Source: Squalus acanthias
Taxonomy: Eukaryota
DNA length: 64,000 nucleotides
Reading direction: 5' to 3'
Assembly (NCBI GenBank): GCA_030390025.1
Contig: CM059431.1
Span: 113,834,001 to 113,898,000, forward strand
Below are positions 13,100 to 24,877 of the stretch, in pieces. Made by a program: the position numbers and the translations under genes. The first letter of the stretch is position 1; each line of letters begins with the position of its first letter. A model generated the notes under the pieces. The model did no database searches and had not been told where the DNA came from. It worked only from the letters and a program-made list of their open reading frames with translations.

Positions 13100-14388
13100 C
13101 TCCTACACCACTGTCCAGGGCCTCAAACATTCCTCCAACCTAGTGTACTGTATTTGCTGCTCACGGTGTGATATTTTCTACATTGCGGAGACTAAACACA
13201 GATTAGCCGACCACTTGACGGATCACCTCAGTTCTGTCCGTAAGGTCAACCCCGAGCTCCCTATTGCAAACTTGTTTTCATACTTGCTTTTTTTTCCCAC
13301 TATCACCTCAGCTATTCTCACATTCCCTGTGTCTCACAAATGTCTTTAATTTCTCTCAATATGTCTTCTATGATCTCATGTTATTATCACTTCAGCCATT
13401 TAACCATGATCTGTTTTCCACTTCAGCATTTTACGGGTCATTACTATTTGTGTGCGTGTGTGTTTTCCTCCCCCCCCCCTTCCCTTTTTTTGAATGTTGT
13501 TCCTCTATAATGGGCCGAAAATAGATCCCGGGACGCGAGAGTACGCACTGCGTACTCTCGCGTATTCCCACTCCAATTGCCGGTTTTCTGCATGCCCTGC
13601 GCATGCGCTGAAAACCGGCAATTGCTCTTCTGAAAAGGGGGCGGGTCCTCGGTGCATCGCGTGCGCGCTACAGGCTGCACGCACGCTGTGCACTTCATGC
13701 TTTGGACGCGCAGGTAAGTACGGAAGATTTTGGAAATGTAAAAAGGAGGAGTAAGACCCACTTTTAAGAAGGTAAGTAGTGAATTAAGTATTTTTTTTAA
13801 CAGGTATATCTTTTTTAGAGACTTTAAAGACAGGTAAGTTTATTTTTATAACTTTTTAAAAGATTTTTCATTTTTTCAAAAATTTAATTTTTTATTTAAA
13901 ATGGTTAATTTAATTAACTATACTTATTTTGTTAATGTGATGGGTTTTTTTTAAATTTAATTGAGGTTTAGCTGTTATTTTGGGGGGGTGTAAGATTCAT
14001 AGATTTCACAGCCGTGCTGTGAAACTTATGAATGGAAGATGGTGTGCTGCCATTGGCTCTAACTGAGTCACGTGATCCCACAGCTCGCACGAATTCACTA
14101 CGCCGCTGGGATACGCAAGCACTGCCCAGCTGATGTCTGGAACATCAAGTTCGTGCGAGCTGGATCTGAAAAAGCACAAGCGAGGTGAGAGATCGCGGGG
14201 AAGCCTTACCCCCGCGGGAACAGAGCGAGATCAATTTCTGGGCCAATACCTTCTAGTTCTGATGAAGAGTCCACACCTGCAACATTAACTCATCTGTTCT
14301 CTCTACAGATACTGCCTGACCTGCTGAGTGTTCCCAGCAATTTCTGTTTTAGTTTCAGATTTCCAGCATCTGCAGTTTTTTGCTTTTA
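13100..14388 (+). mobile_element. Decayed PLE (GIY-YIG remnant plus 3' end), split by MITE B
   Basis: YCICCSRCDIFYIAETKHRLADHL...ELPIA (13143-13270); 3' end with degenerate hammerhead AGTT-CTGATGA...GCAA-CATT-AACT (14255-14290) and CAGATTTCCAGCATCTGCAG. Confidence 0.75.
13512..14244. mobile_element. Harbinger-type MITE B
   Basis: TIRs GGGCCGAAAATAGATC / GATCAATTTCTGGGCC (12/16 match); TSD AAT on both sides. Confidence 0.85.
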
Positions 14389-16558
14389 GATCTAAAACAC
14401 ACCTTAATTCACATATAAATGGCATGTAGTAACTGATATAACTGCTTAAATGAACTTGATTTAGATTTTGTTTAGGCAAATGCAGTATTTCATTAATAAG
14501 GTTTTAGCACAATTATTTGTAACTCCAGTAACAGGAATGCACATTACACTTCAGCAATATTCAGTAACTTGGATATAACACAATTGCTTACGCTTATTGC
14601 TTTCTCTCCAATGTAGTAATAAATCACTCTCTGTGCAACACGCGCCTCATTATAACGTGCTTGTATCAAAGACCTACTTCTAAAGTGCCACCAAAAAATT
14701 TAGAATAACACATAACCAGTTAATTATTACAGTGAATAACTAAACTTAAGTTTTCCTGCTACAAATATATTGTGAACTCCTTCCATTCAATTGTTTTAAG
14801 TTAAAAAGATAAATTCTGGTAATCTCTGAATAATAAATAAAATGTTCCTGTAAACATTGCATTGAAACTTTATGCTATGTATGTATTTGAAAAAATACCA
14901 TTTTAATGCCACTTTATATAGCACCATGAGGATATTTTATTTCTAACTACTTCAATATCACAATAATATATAACACAATGTATTGTACGGTCAGAAGTAA
15001 GTGAAGTAAACACATGAACCAAGAGAAGAGGCACACATATGTGTAAGTGTCTGGGAGTGGCGAGATTCTGTGGGTCACCAGTTTAACATGATAACGAGAT
15101 TTTGGTGGAACTGATGTACAGTACTGCTTACAAGTTTATGAAATGCCTTCAGGAGTGGCCAGTACTTCATTTTTATGTTGATATGAGTGCTTAATAATTA
15201 ATACGGCACTTAGGATATGCAAGTCCATCATTATCGGAGTCACATATAGAAAGGGTTTTGTCTGTTACAAAACAGAAAGTTGCGTTGCTGGTGCTCAATA
15301 CCATATGTATGCTTCAATGCTAGGTAGGAAGGACTGACCTAAAAATGAGTAATAACAGTGAAAGTCCTCTATTACAGCTGCAGGTCTTAGAGTAGGGGAC
15401 TATTGCTGGTGATATGGATTCTGGCCAAGATTTGTCTTCATAGCTTTGGAACAACCGTACATGGTTAAAGATCAGCCATGATCTAATTGAATGGCAGAAC
15501 AGGCTCAAGGGCCTAAATAGCTTGCTCCTGTTCCTATGTTCCTAGAGGTTGCAACATAGTGCTGTGCAATGCATTTTAATAAATGAAAAAATTCCATCCT
15601 GTATCCCAAGCATCATTTTAGCAGTGATTGTGCCACTGTAGATCCCGATTCATAATGTTAAATTTGTTGTGGAACTTTGTGGCTGAGTCAGGATTTTCTC
15701 AATTTTCACTAAGACATTATGGAAAATTATTGCACTCTCCACAGCTCGGTAACCCAACTTGATGTCATGTATATCAGTTAAGTGGCTCTTAGTTGCTTGA
15801 GAAATGTTAAGGGATCATTCTTACAGATGTATCCTGACTGGCCATTTTCTTTTTGTGATTTTTTTGCTCAAAATTGCATTGTACAAAATCACCTGTTCGA
15901 CAAAAATTCATAAGCCCACCATTTTGGTTAGTATGTCATAAGTAACAATTAAAAAAATAATTATTAGCTCCTAGTAATTATGTTATATATAGATAACAGA
16001 ATTTCATGTCATTTAGCATGAATTTATGTCAAGAAGAAATGACTTAATACAGTATATAATACCAATAATCTGTTTTTTTTTACCTTTATGTGGTATTCAT
16101 TTCATTTTAATGCATATTTTCCATTTCTCTACTGTTATTCCTGATTTTCTCACAGTCGTTCATCTTCTTGCTGCCGTCTTCAGTAAGAGTGAGCAGTGAG
16201 CTGCAGGTGTGTCTTTTGCTTATTTTACTAAAGATTCTCTGTGTATCAGTGGGAAGAAGGCTTCAAGTGAATTGGACTGTGTGTCTTACTAGCGAGTCGG
16301 GTACCAGGTGAACAAATCAGCATAGGTTTAGTGAATTGTTTCTTATTTCAGTTGAACTGATTCAGGAGTATGTGAAGGCAGCTAACCACATAAACCAAGT
16401 CCCTCTTCCAATTAGCATTATGTCTGTACTCGCTGCCTCCCTGTAATCCTGGATCAGCGTCATTCACAGCCATGGTTTGGCTAGCAATCTCTTTCCATTA
16501 ATGCTACTAATCAGAGCTTAACTGCTTACTTCTCCATCAAACTCTTCTCTTGATAGAG

Positions 16559-16815
16559 AAGCAAAATACTGCGGATGCTGGAAATCTGAAATAAAAACAG
16601 AAAATGCTGAAAAGTCTCAGCAGGTCAGACAGCATCTGTGGAGAGAGAAACAAAGTTAACGTTTCAGGTCGATGAACTGGAAAAAGTTAGAGATGTAACA
16701 GGTTTTAAGCAAGTACAGAGGCAGGGAAAGGGGAGAGGGGAGGGGAGGAATGAACAAAAGGGAAGGTCTGCAAAAGGATGGAAGGCAGGAGAGATTAAAT
16801 GACAAAAGGGATGAT
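16559..16815 (-). mobile_element. PLE 3'-end fragment with the hammerhead core deleted
   Basis: Near-identical to 21456-21720 but lacks the ~12 bp that contain CTGATGA. Confidence 0.85.
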
Positions 16816-17359
16816 AGGACTTCTTATGGTTCTATTGGATCCAACACTTCCCACTCAATCCATCCAATGTGAAGATTTACAAAATTTGACAACAAGCCAC
16901 ATACAGATATTGGGACCAGTGACCAATAGCTTGGTCAAAGAGGTAGGTAGGATCTACAAAGGATTTCCTCAGAAACTATTTTTCACACTAACCAGATGCC
17001 AGGAGTTTGCAGTTTCGTGGCTTGTGGATTCAGTCATTTGTTTTCTAGGTAATGTAAATGCTCCTGTCCAGGAGCAGACCGGAGGAGAAGTGAGTACTGT
17101 GGGCTTCACAGCTGCCGATTTGGCTAGAGGTAGGCCACATTCAGACTTCTGTAGCACGCGTCAATAACATTAAGGAAGTGAGCTCCCAGCATATGTTGTG
17201 CCCATAATGCTAATTCATGGGCAAGTTTTGTTTAATCTTACATCAAGACATTTATGAGTATGGAAACAGCAGAGTGAGCAAGATGAAGTTCTCACATCTT
17301 AATGTGGAGGTGCTGCTTATGCAATTATACCTCAGGTGGGTGGTAGTATTTCTAGAATT

Positions 17360-17572
17360 CCCTCCCTAAACCTCGCCACCTCTCTACCTCCCTCTCTTTC
17401 TTTAATTCACTCCTCAAAACCTACTTCTTTGACCAAGCTATTGGTCACCAGTCCTAATATCTCATTACGTGCCTTGTCATCAAATTTTGTCAGATAGCAC
17501 CCCTGTAAAGCACCTTGGGACGTTTTTACTACGTTAAAGGTGCTGTATAAATGCAAGTTATTGTTGTTGTTC
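17360..17572 (+). mobile_element. L2-type LINE 3' tail
   Basis: TTTGACCAAGCT...GTAAAGCACCTTGGGACG...ATAAATGCAAGTT(ATT/GTT)n; tail shared with the DeuSINEs. Confidence 0.7.
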
Positions 17573-18297
17573 TTGTAGTAGGTACACAAGGCCACAAGGT
17601 TCGGAAAAGTATGATGCAAAATGCTTGGCAGAAGGTAGCTTCATATGTCAACTTTAAGAACAACCCTGACAGAACTTGATTGAAAGTCATAAACAAGCCT
17701 AAGGACTTTACAGGACTGCAAAACTGGGTCCAAGAACTATTGCAATGTATCCCAGGCACACTGCACTCTTTCAGGCTGCCCACATTATCGGTCACTCATG
17801 TTGATACTTACCATGCAAGTCCATGTAGCCACAGGACACCTTTGAAAACCTGAGTAGCTACCAACAATTCTGCCTTCACTCACAACTTTCCTGGGAAGCT
17901 GCACTCTACATTCCTCCCTTCCTAATGTAGCTGTATGTATGTGTTGTCTACATAATTTCCCTGACTTGTTTCTGTGTCTACGCCAGCAATGTGAACTATT
18001 ACCTTTCCTTCTCTCCTTGCAGTACAAGGAGGCATATGACAGGTGAGAGCACACTCAGACAGGAGGAAGGCCATGCAACTAATGGCCCCTCAATTGGTTG
18101 AAGAGGCGACACTTGGTCTACTTGACATGGAGGCTTCAGAAGTGATTTTTTTATCATTCACTTTATTCTCACTCTATCTACTCACACACCCACTCACTAA
18201 CATCAATGCATGCACTCAAACACAAGAAGGTATGCCAAATTCTAACAGAGCTGATTTTGCATGTAGCTCCAAACATGGTTATGAACATAGAGTCATA

Positions 18298-19190
18298 GGG
18301 GTAAAAATTCAGTTGGTTGCGCCTCCCGTTAGCGCCTTAAGAGGGCGCTAATGGGGCGCAAAGCCGCTAACGCCCGGGTGCAGCAATGTTTGCGCCGCTC
18401 GAGAACTTAACTTGAGATTGTGCGGCGGCACTAAAACTTACCGCTGCGACCACCTGCGCGCGCAGATTGTGACGTCATTCCATGGTGCAACGCCCTTGGG
18501 GCGCCCCGGAGCGGAAATTGAGTGGCACCCCCTGCCTTACCGCCTGGCGCTTCCAACGACCAGAAGACTGGAACGCTATCAATCGCTGTGGGGCTGGGGG
18601 GGGCGCTATTTAAAGGGGGCCTCTTCCTGTCTTTTATTGTTGGTGGCATTTTTGAACTACGCATTCTGAGAGAGAGAGGGAGAGACTTCTGGAGAGATTC
18701 AACGTTGTGTGAAGGAGTTTTGGGTACTGAGCAGCACTTTGCAGGTTCATTTTGATTTGCCATTCCTTGTATCGATTTAGCAGAGACTGTGGGAGCTGCA
18801 CTCTGAGCTCTTTGCCTGGTACTCTCCATTGTTCTTTCCAGCACATTTGATGTGCAAGTCTCTCCAGGCCGAGATTCAAGGCTGCAATGAACAGGATGTG
18901 GATGGAAAGCAAGATTAACCATCCCCTTTAAGAACTGGCCCGTGCCATTGTGTGTGTGTTCCATTGCTGACTGACATTACATGAGCTTCGCCAGCGCTCT
19001 GAGTTAGCGCCTCACTCCTTGGCCTTTGCGCCTTAAGACAGGTGTGCAGCACCTGCTTTAGCGCTCCACTCACCTCCCGGGGCGATAAAAGTGAAGTTTC
19101 CAGTCAGTGCCGATAATTAGCGCCAGGCGCTAATATTTGCGTCCAGACGATATTTGCGCCCCAAATGGGGCGCGACCTAATTTCTACCCC
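18298..19190. mobile_element. Harbinger MITE C (H2 family), inserted in a CR1 tail
   Basis: TIRs GGGGTAAAAATT / AATTTCTACCCC (11/12); TSD ATA; TAGCGCC arrays at both ends. Confidence 0.9.
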
Positions 19191-19375
19191 ATAGAGTCAC
19201 ATGGCACAGAAGGAGGCCATTCGGCCCATCGGGTCCGTGCCAGCTCTCTGTACAGCAATCCAGTCAGTCCCATTCCCCCGCTCTATCCCCGTAGCACTGC
19301 AAGTTTATTTCCCTCAAGTACCTATCCAGTCTCCCCTTGAAAACATTGAGTGTCTCCGCTTCCACCACTTCTGTC
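19191..19375 (-). mobile_element. CR1 3' end (tail repeat CATAGAGT split by MITE C)
   Basis: GGCACAGAAGGAGGCCATTCGGCCCATC motif. Confidence 0.8.
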
Positions 19376-19446
19376 AACATAGAACAGAATATATATTTAA
19401 TAATGACTAGTAACAATAATACAAGTCAGTAACTGCAACAACACTT

Positions 19447-21161
19447 TGGGGGAATTTTTTGGGGGGTCAGCGGGGCCGTTTGGAGGTGGGTCGGCTGGGA
19501 ATTTTTTTTTGACAGCGGGTAGGTAACCTGCTGTCAACCCGCCTCCACGTTAGTCTCCCAGATGTCGGGTCTGTCGTCGCTGAACAGACCCGACACCAAG
19601 CGGCGGGGGAGGCAATTTACATCATTAGAGAGATTGTTAAGAGGCAATTAACTAGTATTTTATGCTTACCTTTAGATTTTTAGAGTTCGCCAACAGCTTC
19701 CCCACTGCTCGGGGATCACGTCAGGTAAGGAGGTCGGGTATTGTGTCAGCATGTGATTATTTCTAAACTTGACAGCTGCAAATGGTCTATAAAAGCTCCC
19801 ATTTCATAGGTCTTCACTTTCCAGGGTTAGAAGCTGTTGCTTACTGCACTTGGAAGACAGATTGAGCTTTATGTAGCTTCAAGTATTTGGAGCAAACTCT
19901 CTATCCAGTGTCACCTCATTGGAACAACCTCTCTCACCACTGACAGATCGCTTCTGTCATTTCAACTTCCCCTGCCATCTATTCCATCAGCATCGGTGCC
20001 CTAGAAAAAATCTCACCTTGGTCCTCAGAATCCCATCATGATCAGCCCGAACACCAGCAGCACCAGGCACACCAGCAACAACACCAACCTTCTCCGCAAT
20101 CAGTCATGCTGCACATGACACAGGGCATCAGCACCCGACAACATTGGTGCCCGGGAGGCCAGGGATGGCCTCACCATGGCCAGATTTACTTCACTTGACG
20201 CTGTACACCCTGGCTGCCACATGATGCACCAGGTTGGCACCACCCCACACCAACACCATAAAGCATCCCTACAATGCCCAAGACATTCCTTTCACACCCA
20301 TCACCATTGTGGGAGGTACCGTTATGTCTCACCATTCACTGAAACTCACTAAGACACTTCCAAAGGTGCACACAAATATGTCCAAGAACGCAAAGTGTTG
20401 AAAATAAAGTTTTCAATCTTCACATGAACATTGGCTAAAACACCCAAGTGGCTACCCTTGTGTGTTGTTAGTTGGTATGATTGGACTAGGATGAGGGTGA
20501 GTGTGAGGGGTGGCTAGTGAGATGGGGAAGTGATAATGTAGATAGAGAAGGATGGCTGGAGGTGCAAGGTAAGTTGTTGTGAGTAAAGATGTGCAGGAGT
20601 AGGGTAGGGAAGGCAGAGTGATGGTGATGTGATGAGTGGCACAGCAGGATGAGGTTGAGTGTGGCTTTGCAGTAACGTTTCGTGATCTACTGAGATCATT
20701 GAAATGTTTGCGTCACTGCAGTCTGGTCCTCCTGACAACATCCTGCTTGTGCCCTCCTGTGCAATGTGCAACCAGGCTGCATTGGTCTCCTGCGGAGGTC
20801 TCTTCCGCCCATGGGAAGGAAAGAGAACCTCCCTGCGTGCTGTGACTCCCTCCATAAGCATATGGAGGGAGTAATGGGAGAGCCTGGGTGCAGCCGTGCA
20901 CCTCTGTGCAGTGCTTGTCAGTGTTTGCAGCACCTCAATGCTGTAGAACACTGACAGCACAACTGTCAAAAACAATTTGCGCATGATCCCATCAAGTGAC
21001 GTCATCAGACCCGCTTCCTTCAATTGGCTGGGAAACGCGCTGGGCGGGCTTAACAAGCCGAATCAGCATAAAGTTCTTTTCACAGAGCGGGCTGGAGCCA
21101 GCAACAGAGTCGCACCCTGCCACCGGCACCCGGAGCCACCTCGGTAGACAAAATCGCGGCC
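19447..21161. mobile_element. Harbinger H4, internally deleted (H3-like family)
   Basis: Right end AAAATCGCGGCC resembles the H3 end; ACCCGCC motifs; CAG-rich transposase 5' remnant at ~19990-20170; MADF exon 1 on - (AAPRLSHYSLHMLMEGVTARREVLFPSHGRKRPPQETNAAWLHIAQE, ~20670-20910). Confidence 0.75.
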
Positions 21162-21455
21162 TTCATCTTCTGTCTGTTGTTCTCTTTCCATAGAACCTTT
21201 TGGGATTTTCCTATATACCCAATTTCCCCCTCCCCTTCCTCAAGGGCGAGAGCAGCTACAACCCTACCTTCCCAATCCCTTAGGATCATTACATTACCCT
21301 CGCATTCAGTTTCCGATGTCCCGTCATTATATAATGCATGAGATACCCACATAACAATCCTATCTAACTAGTGAACAGATTTAGCATCAAAATATTGAAG
21401 AAACCAACAGACATAGAACATTACAATTGTAACCAATTCCCTGCTGATGGCTACA

Positions 21456-21925
21456 AAAGCAAAATACTGCAGATGCTGGAAATCTGAAATAAAAACAGAA
21501 AATGCTGGAAATACTCAGCAGGTCAGGCAGCATCTGTGGAGAGAGAAACAGCGTTAACGTTTCAGGTCGATGACCTTTCATCAGAACTGGAAAAAGTTAG
21601 AGATGTAACAGATTTTAAGCAAGTGCAGGGGCAGGGAAAGGGGGGAGGGGAGGAAAGCACGAAGGGGAAGGTCTGTGATAGGATGGAAGGTAGGAGTGAT
21701 GAAATGACAAAAGGTATGATAGTACAAAGCAAAAGGAGATGGTAATGGACAAGTAAAGAAACAAAAGATGAGTTTAGAAGAAGTGTAAATGGGAATGGCA
21801 GAATCATCAACAGCTGCCATGTGAAAAAATAAGGGCAGAGGTTATGGTCTGAAATTGTTGAACTCGATGTTGAGTCCAGAAGGTTGTAAAGTGCCTAATC
21901 GAAAGATGAGGTGCTGTTCCTCGAG
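21456..21925 (-). mobile_element. PLE 3' fragment (GIY-YIG C-terminus plus 3' end)
   Basis: LEEQHLIFRLGTLQPSGLNIEFNNFRP* at 21842-21925; same terminus as the element at 41030. Confidence 0.9.
21553..21588 (-). ncRNA. Minimal type-I hammerhead ribozyme motif
   Basis: GUU-CUGAUGA-A-AGGUC(AUC)GACCU-GAAA-CGUU-AAC: intact core, perfect 5-bp stem II, ACGU palindrome. Confidence 0.8.
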
Positions 21926-22744
21926 CAGCTGTTGATGGCTTGTTAGTTTCAACCTTCATTGAATGTATTGTATTTTTCCACCTCCTAGTTCCCTCCACCC
22001 ACCCCAAATAACATTAGAGATTAACTGAGGTCACAACAAGTATAGTAACTGAACTAATGAGGTAAACAGTACATTCTCTTCTTTCTCATGGACTGAGAAA
22101 TGTGAGGACATAGTATCTCAATCATCAGAGTTCCCCTCAGACTAAAAAGCTTTATCAAACTCATCCAATCTGAAACCAGTGAAGATCTTAGCAGATGACG
22201 ACATTGCACCACGGACACAGTGTAGACATTCTGCTTCTCCAGATTTACCTACCGCTCACCCTCACCCACTGTTAGTATCTCTTATCAATGAGCATCAGAA
22301 GGTCATATAGAAGACGATGATAATGATGTCGATGGGGATGAAGATGAGAACTATTTTAACGTTAGGATTTTCTGGTACCTTCTTGTCTAGGGCTCCATGA
22401 ACTTTTCCCATGTCCAGTATGGAAGGATGTCATACACATTGAAGACACTGACCATCATGCCCTCTTGTAACCTCACAAACCTATAATTAGTGTCCAACAG
22501 CATGGGTATTTACTGTTGCCAAGTCACCAATATCAAAGCAAATTGTCTGTCTCTTATTGTCATTGTTTCTTTTGAGTGGCTTATGGCATACTCAAATGAT
22601 CTTTTACTACCTGATATGTATTTACCAACATTGTCTTTAGGCAGAACTTATAGACCTTATAGTACCCTTGTTAGATAATTTCAGGGTTCACAACCAGATT
22701 GAGAAGGGGTTTCAAAGCACTTCCAAATGGTTTAAAGGCTGTTG

Positions 22745-23945
22745 TATCACCTGACAGTGATGATGGGTGAATGGGACTTGGTGTGAGTTAGGATACGGGC
22801 AGCAGAGTTTTGGACAATCTCATGTTTATGGGTGGAAAATGGAGGCTGGCAAAGAGAGAATTGGAATAGTCGAGTCTGGAGGTACAAAAGCATTTCAGCA
22901 GCAGATGGGTTGAAGCATGGGCAGAGATGGGTGATATTTTGTAGGTGGAAGTCTGGCGGTCTTGGTAATGATGGGGATATGAGGTTAGAAGCTCAACTCA
23001 GGGGCAAATAAGACGCCGAGGCTGCGAACAGTCTGGTTCAGCCTGAGACAGTGGACAGGGTGGGGATGGAATCAGTGTCTAGGGAACAGAGTTTGTGGCA
23101 GGGACCAAAGTCAATGGCTTTGGTCTTCCCATTGTTTAATCGGAGGAAACTTTGGCTCATCCAGGACTGGATGTTGGACAAGCAGCCTGACAAAACAGAG
23201 CCAGTGGAAGGGTCGAGAGAGTTGATGGTGAGGTAGAGCTGGGTGTCGTCAGCGTACATGTGGAACCTGACATTGAGCTTTCGTATGATTTTGCCGAGGG
23301 GCAGCATGTAGATAAGAATTAGGCGGGGGCCGAGGATAGATCCTTAGGGGACTCTAGAGGTAACGGTGCTGAGGTGGGAAGAGAAGCCATTGCAGGAGAT
23401 TCTCTGGCTACAACTGGATAGATAAGAATGGAACCAGGCGAGGGCAGTCCCACTTGTCTAGACAACGGAGGAGAGGCATTGGAGGAGTATGGTGTGGTCA
23501 ACCGTGTCAAAGACAGCAGACAGGTTGAAAAGGATGAGGAGGGAGATTGCACCATGGTCACAGTCACATAGGATATCAAATGTGATTTTGATTAGGGCTG
23601 TTTTAGTGCAGTGGCTGGGGCAGAAACCTGACATTCAAACTTGGAGTTGTGGGAAAGATGAAGACAGATTTGGGAAGCAACAACACTATCAAGGACTTTG
23701 AGGAAAGGGAGGTTGGAGGCATGGCATTAGTTTGCAAGGATAAAGGGGTCAAGGGTGTTTTTTTTGAGGAGGAGGGTGATGACAGTAGATTTGAAAGGGA
23801 GTGGATCAGTACCGAAGGAGAGGGAATCATTTACAATATCAGCTAGCATGGGGGCCAGGAAGGGAAGCTGGGTGGTCAACAGTTTAGTGGAAATACTGCT
23901 GAGAGAGCAGGAGGTGGGTCTCATGGACAAGATGAGCTTGGAGAG
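22745..23945 (-). mobile_element. L2-clade LINE reverse-transcriptase fragment (decayed)
   Basis: MLPLGKIIRKLNVRFHMYADDTQLYL (YADD motif); PMLADIVNDSLSFGTDPLPFKSTVITLLLKKNTLDP. Confidence 0.9.
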
Positions 23946-24877
23946 TGCATACATTTCTAAAATAGTTTCTAAAAAATCCATACCTGTACTAAAGATGCAA
24001 AACCATCACTCTAAATAGATTCCACAATTTGGCTATGCATAGGTAAGTCTAAGAAATGACCACAGAGCTTCTTCCGCTCCACCACCGTAAGTTCAGTAGA
24101 AGCCCTGCGTGTAAACAAGGTTTCGGCCGGAGTTATGGTGGCGAAGCAGGAGGGGAAGCGAGGACATTCCCAGCGTCAGTCATTACGAGAGGAAAAAAGA
24201 TTACATATAAAAATTACACAAATACACACAAGTTGATCTGCTGTGACATTGCACCTGAAGAGTTAACACCAAGTGGAGTCTTCAGGTGAACTGGGGTTGG
24301 GAGGGGCAGGAGGGGTGGGGGGTAAAATATTGGCCCAGGACATGCAGAGATAAACATTTTTTAAATGATATAGATATATAATAAATATATTTTCAAAGGG
24401 GGAGAAATTCAGTTGGTTAGCACCTGGCGGGAGCACTAATGGGGCGCTAATGAAGTAGCGCCGGGGCGAGGCGAATCCAGCGCCACACGTCAAATCCAAT
24501 CGCCCCTTAGCACCGCCACTAACAGTTAGCGCACGGGGCTTTAGCGCCAGGCAGATCATGATGTCACTAAGCATGCAACACTTACTGAGCGCCCGATCTG
24601 CCAAATTGATCAGTGCCCCCTGCCTTAGCGCCTCGCCCCGACAATGACAGGAAGAGGAGGCGTGAAGCAGGTGGATGGCGGCTCCAGGGATGATATTTAA
24701 AGGGATGAGTCGCAGCGTCAGGTTAGTGCCGTTTCACTGCTTCCTTGTCAGTTTGCGATTGTGCAAGAGTTTAATTCAGTCATTTAAAGGTTCTTTAGTA
24801 TCAGGAGTGTTGTGGCTACTAAAAATTAGTTACATTTATTCTGACAAAATTTCAAATTGCTACACATTGCTACATTA

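Noticed and set aside
16655..16680. Hammerhead in the PLE end at 16559
   Set aside because: CUGAUGA core is deleted, so it cannot be active.
16156..17089. Possible + strand micro-exons (16156-16206, 17049-17089)
   Set aside because: Splice signals are plausible, but the peptides are unrecognisable and no consistent gene model can be built.
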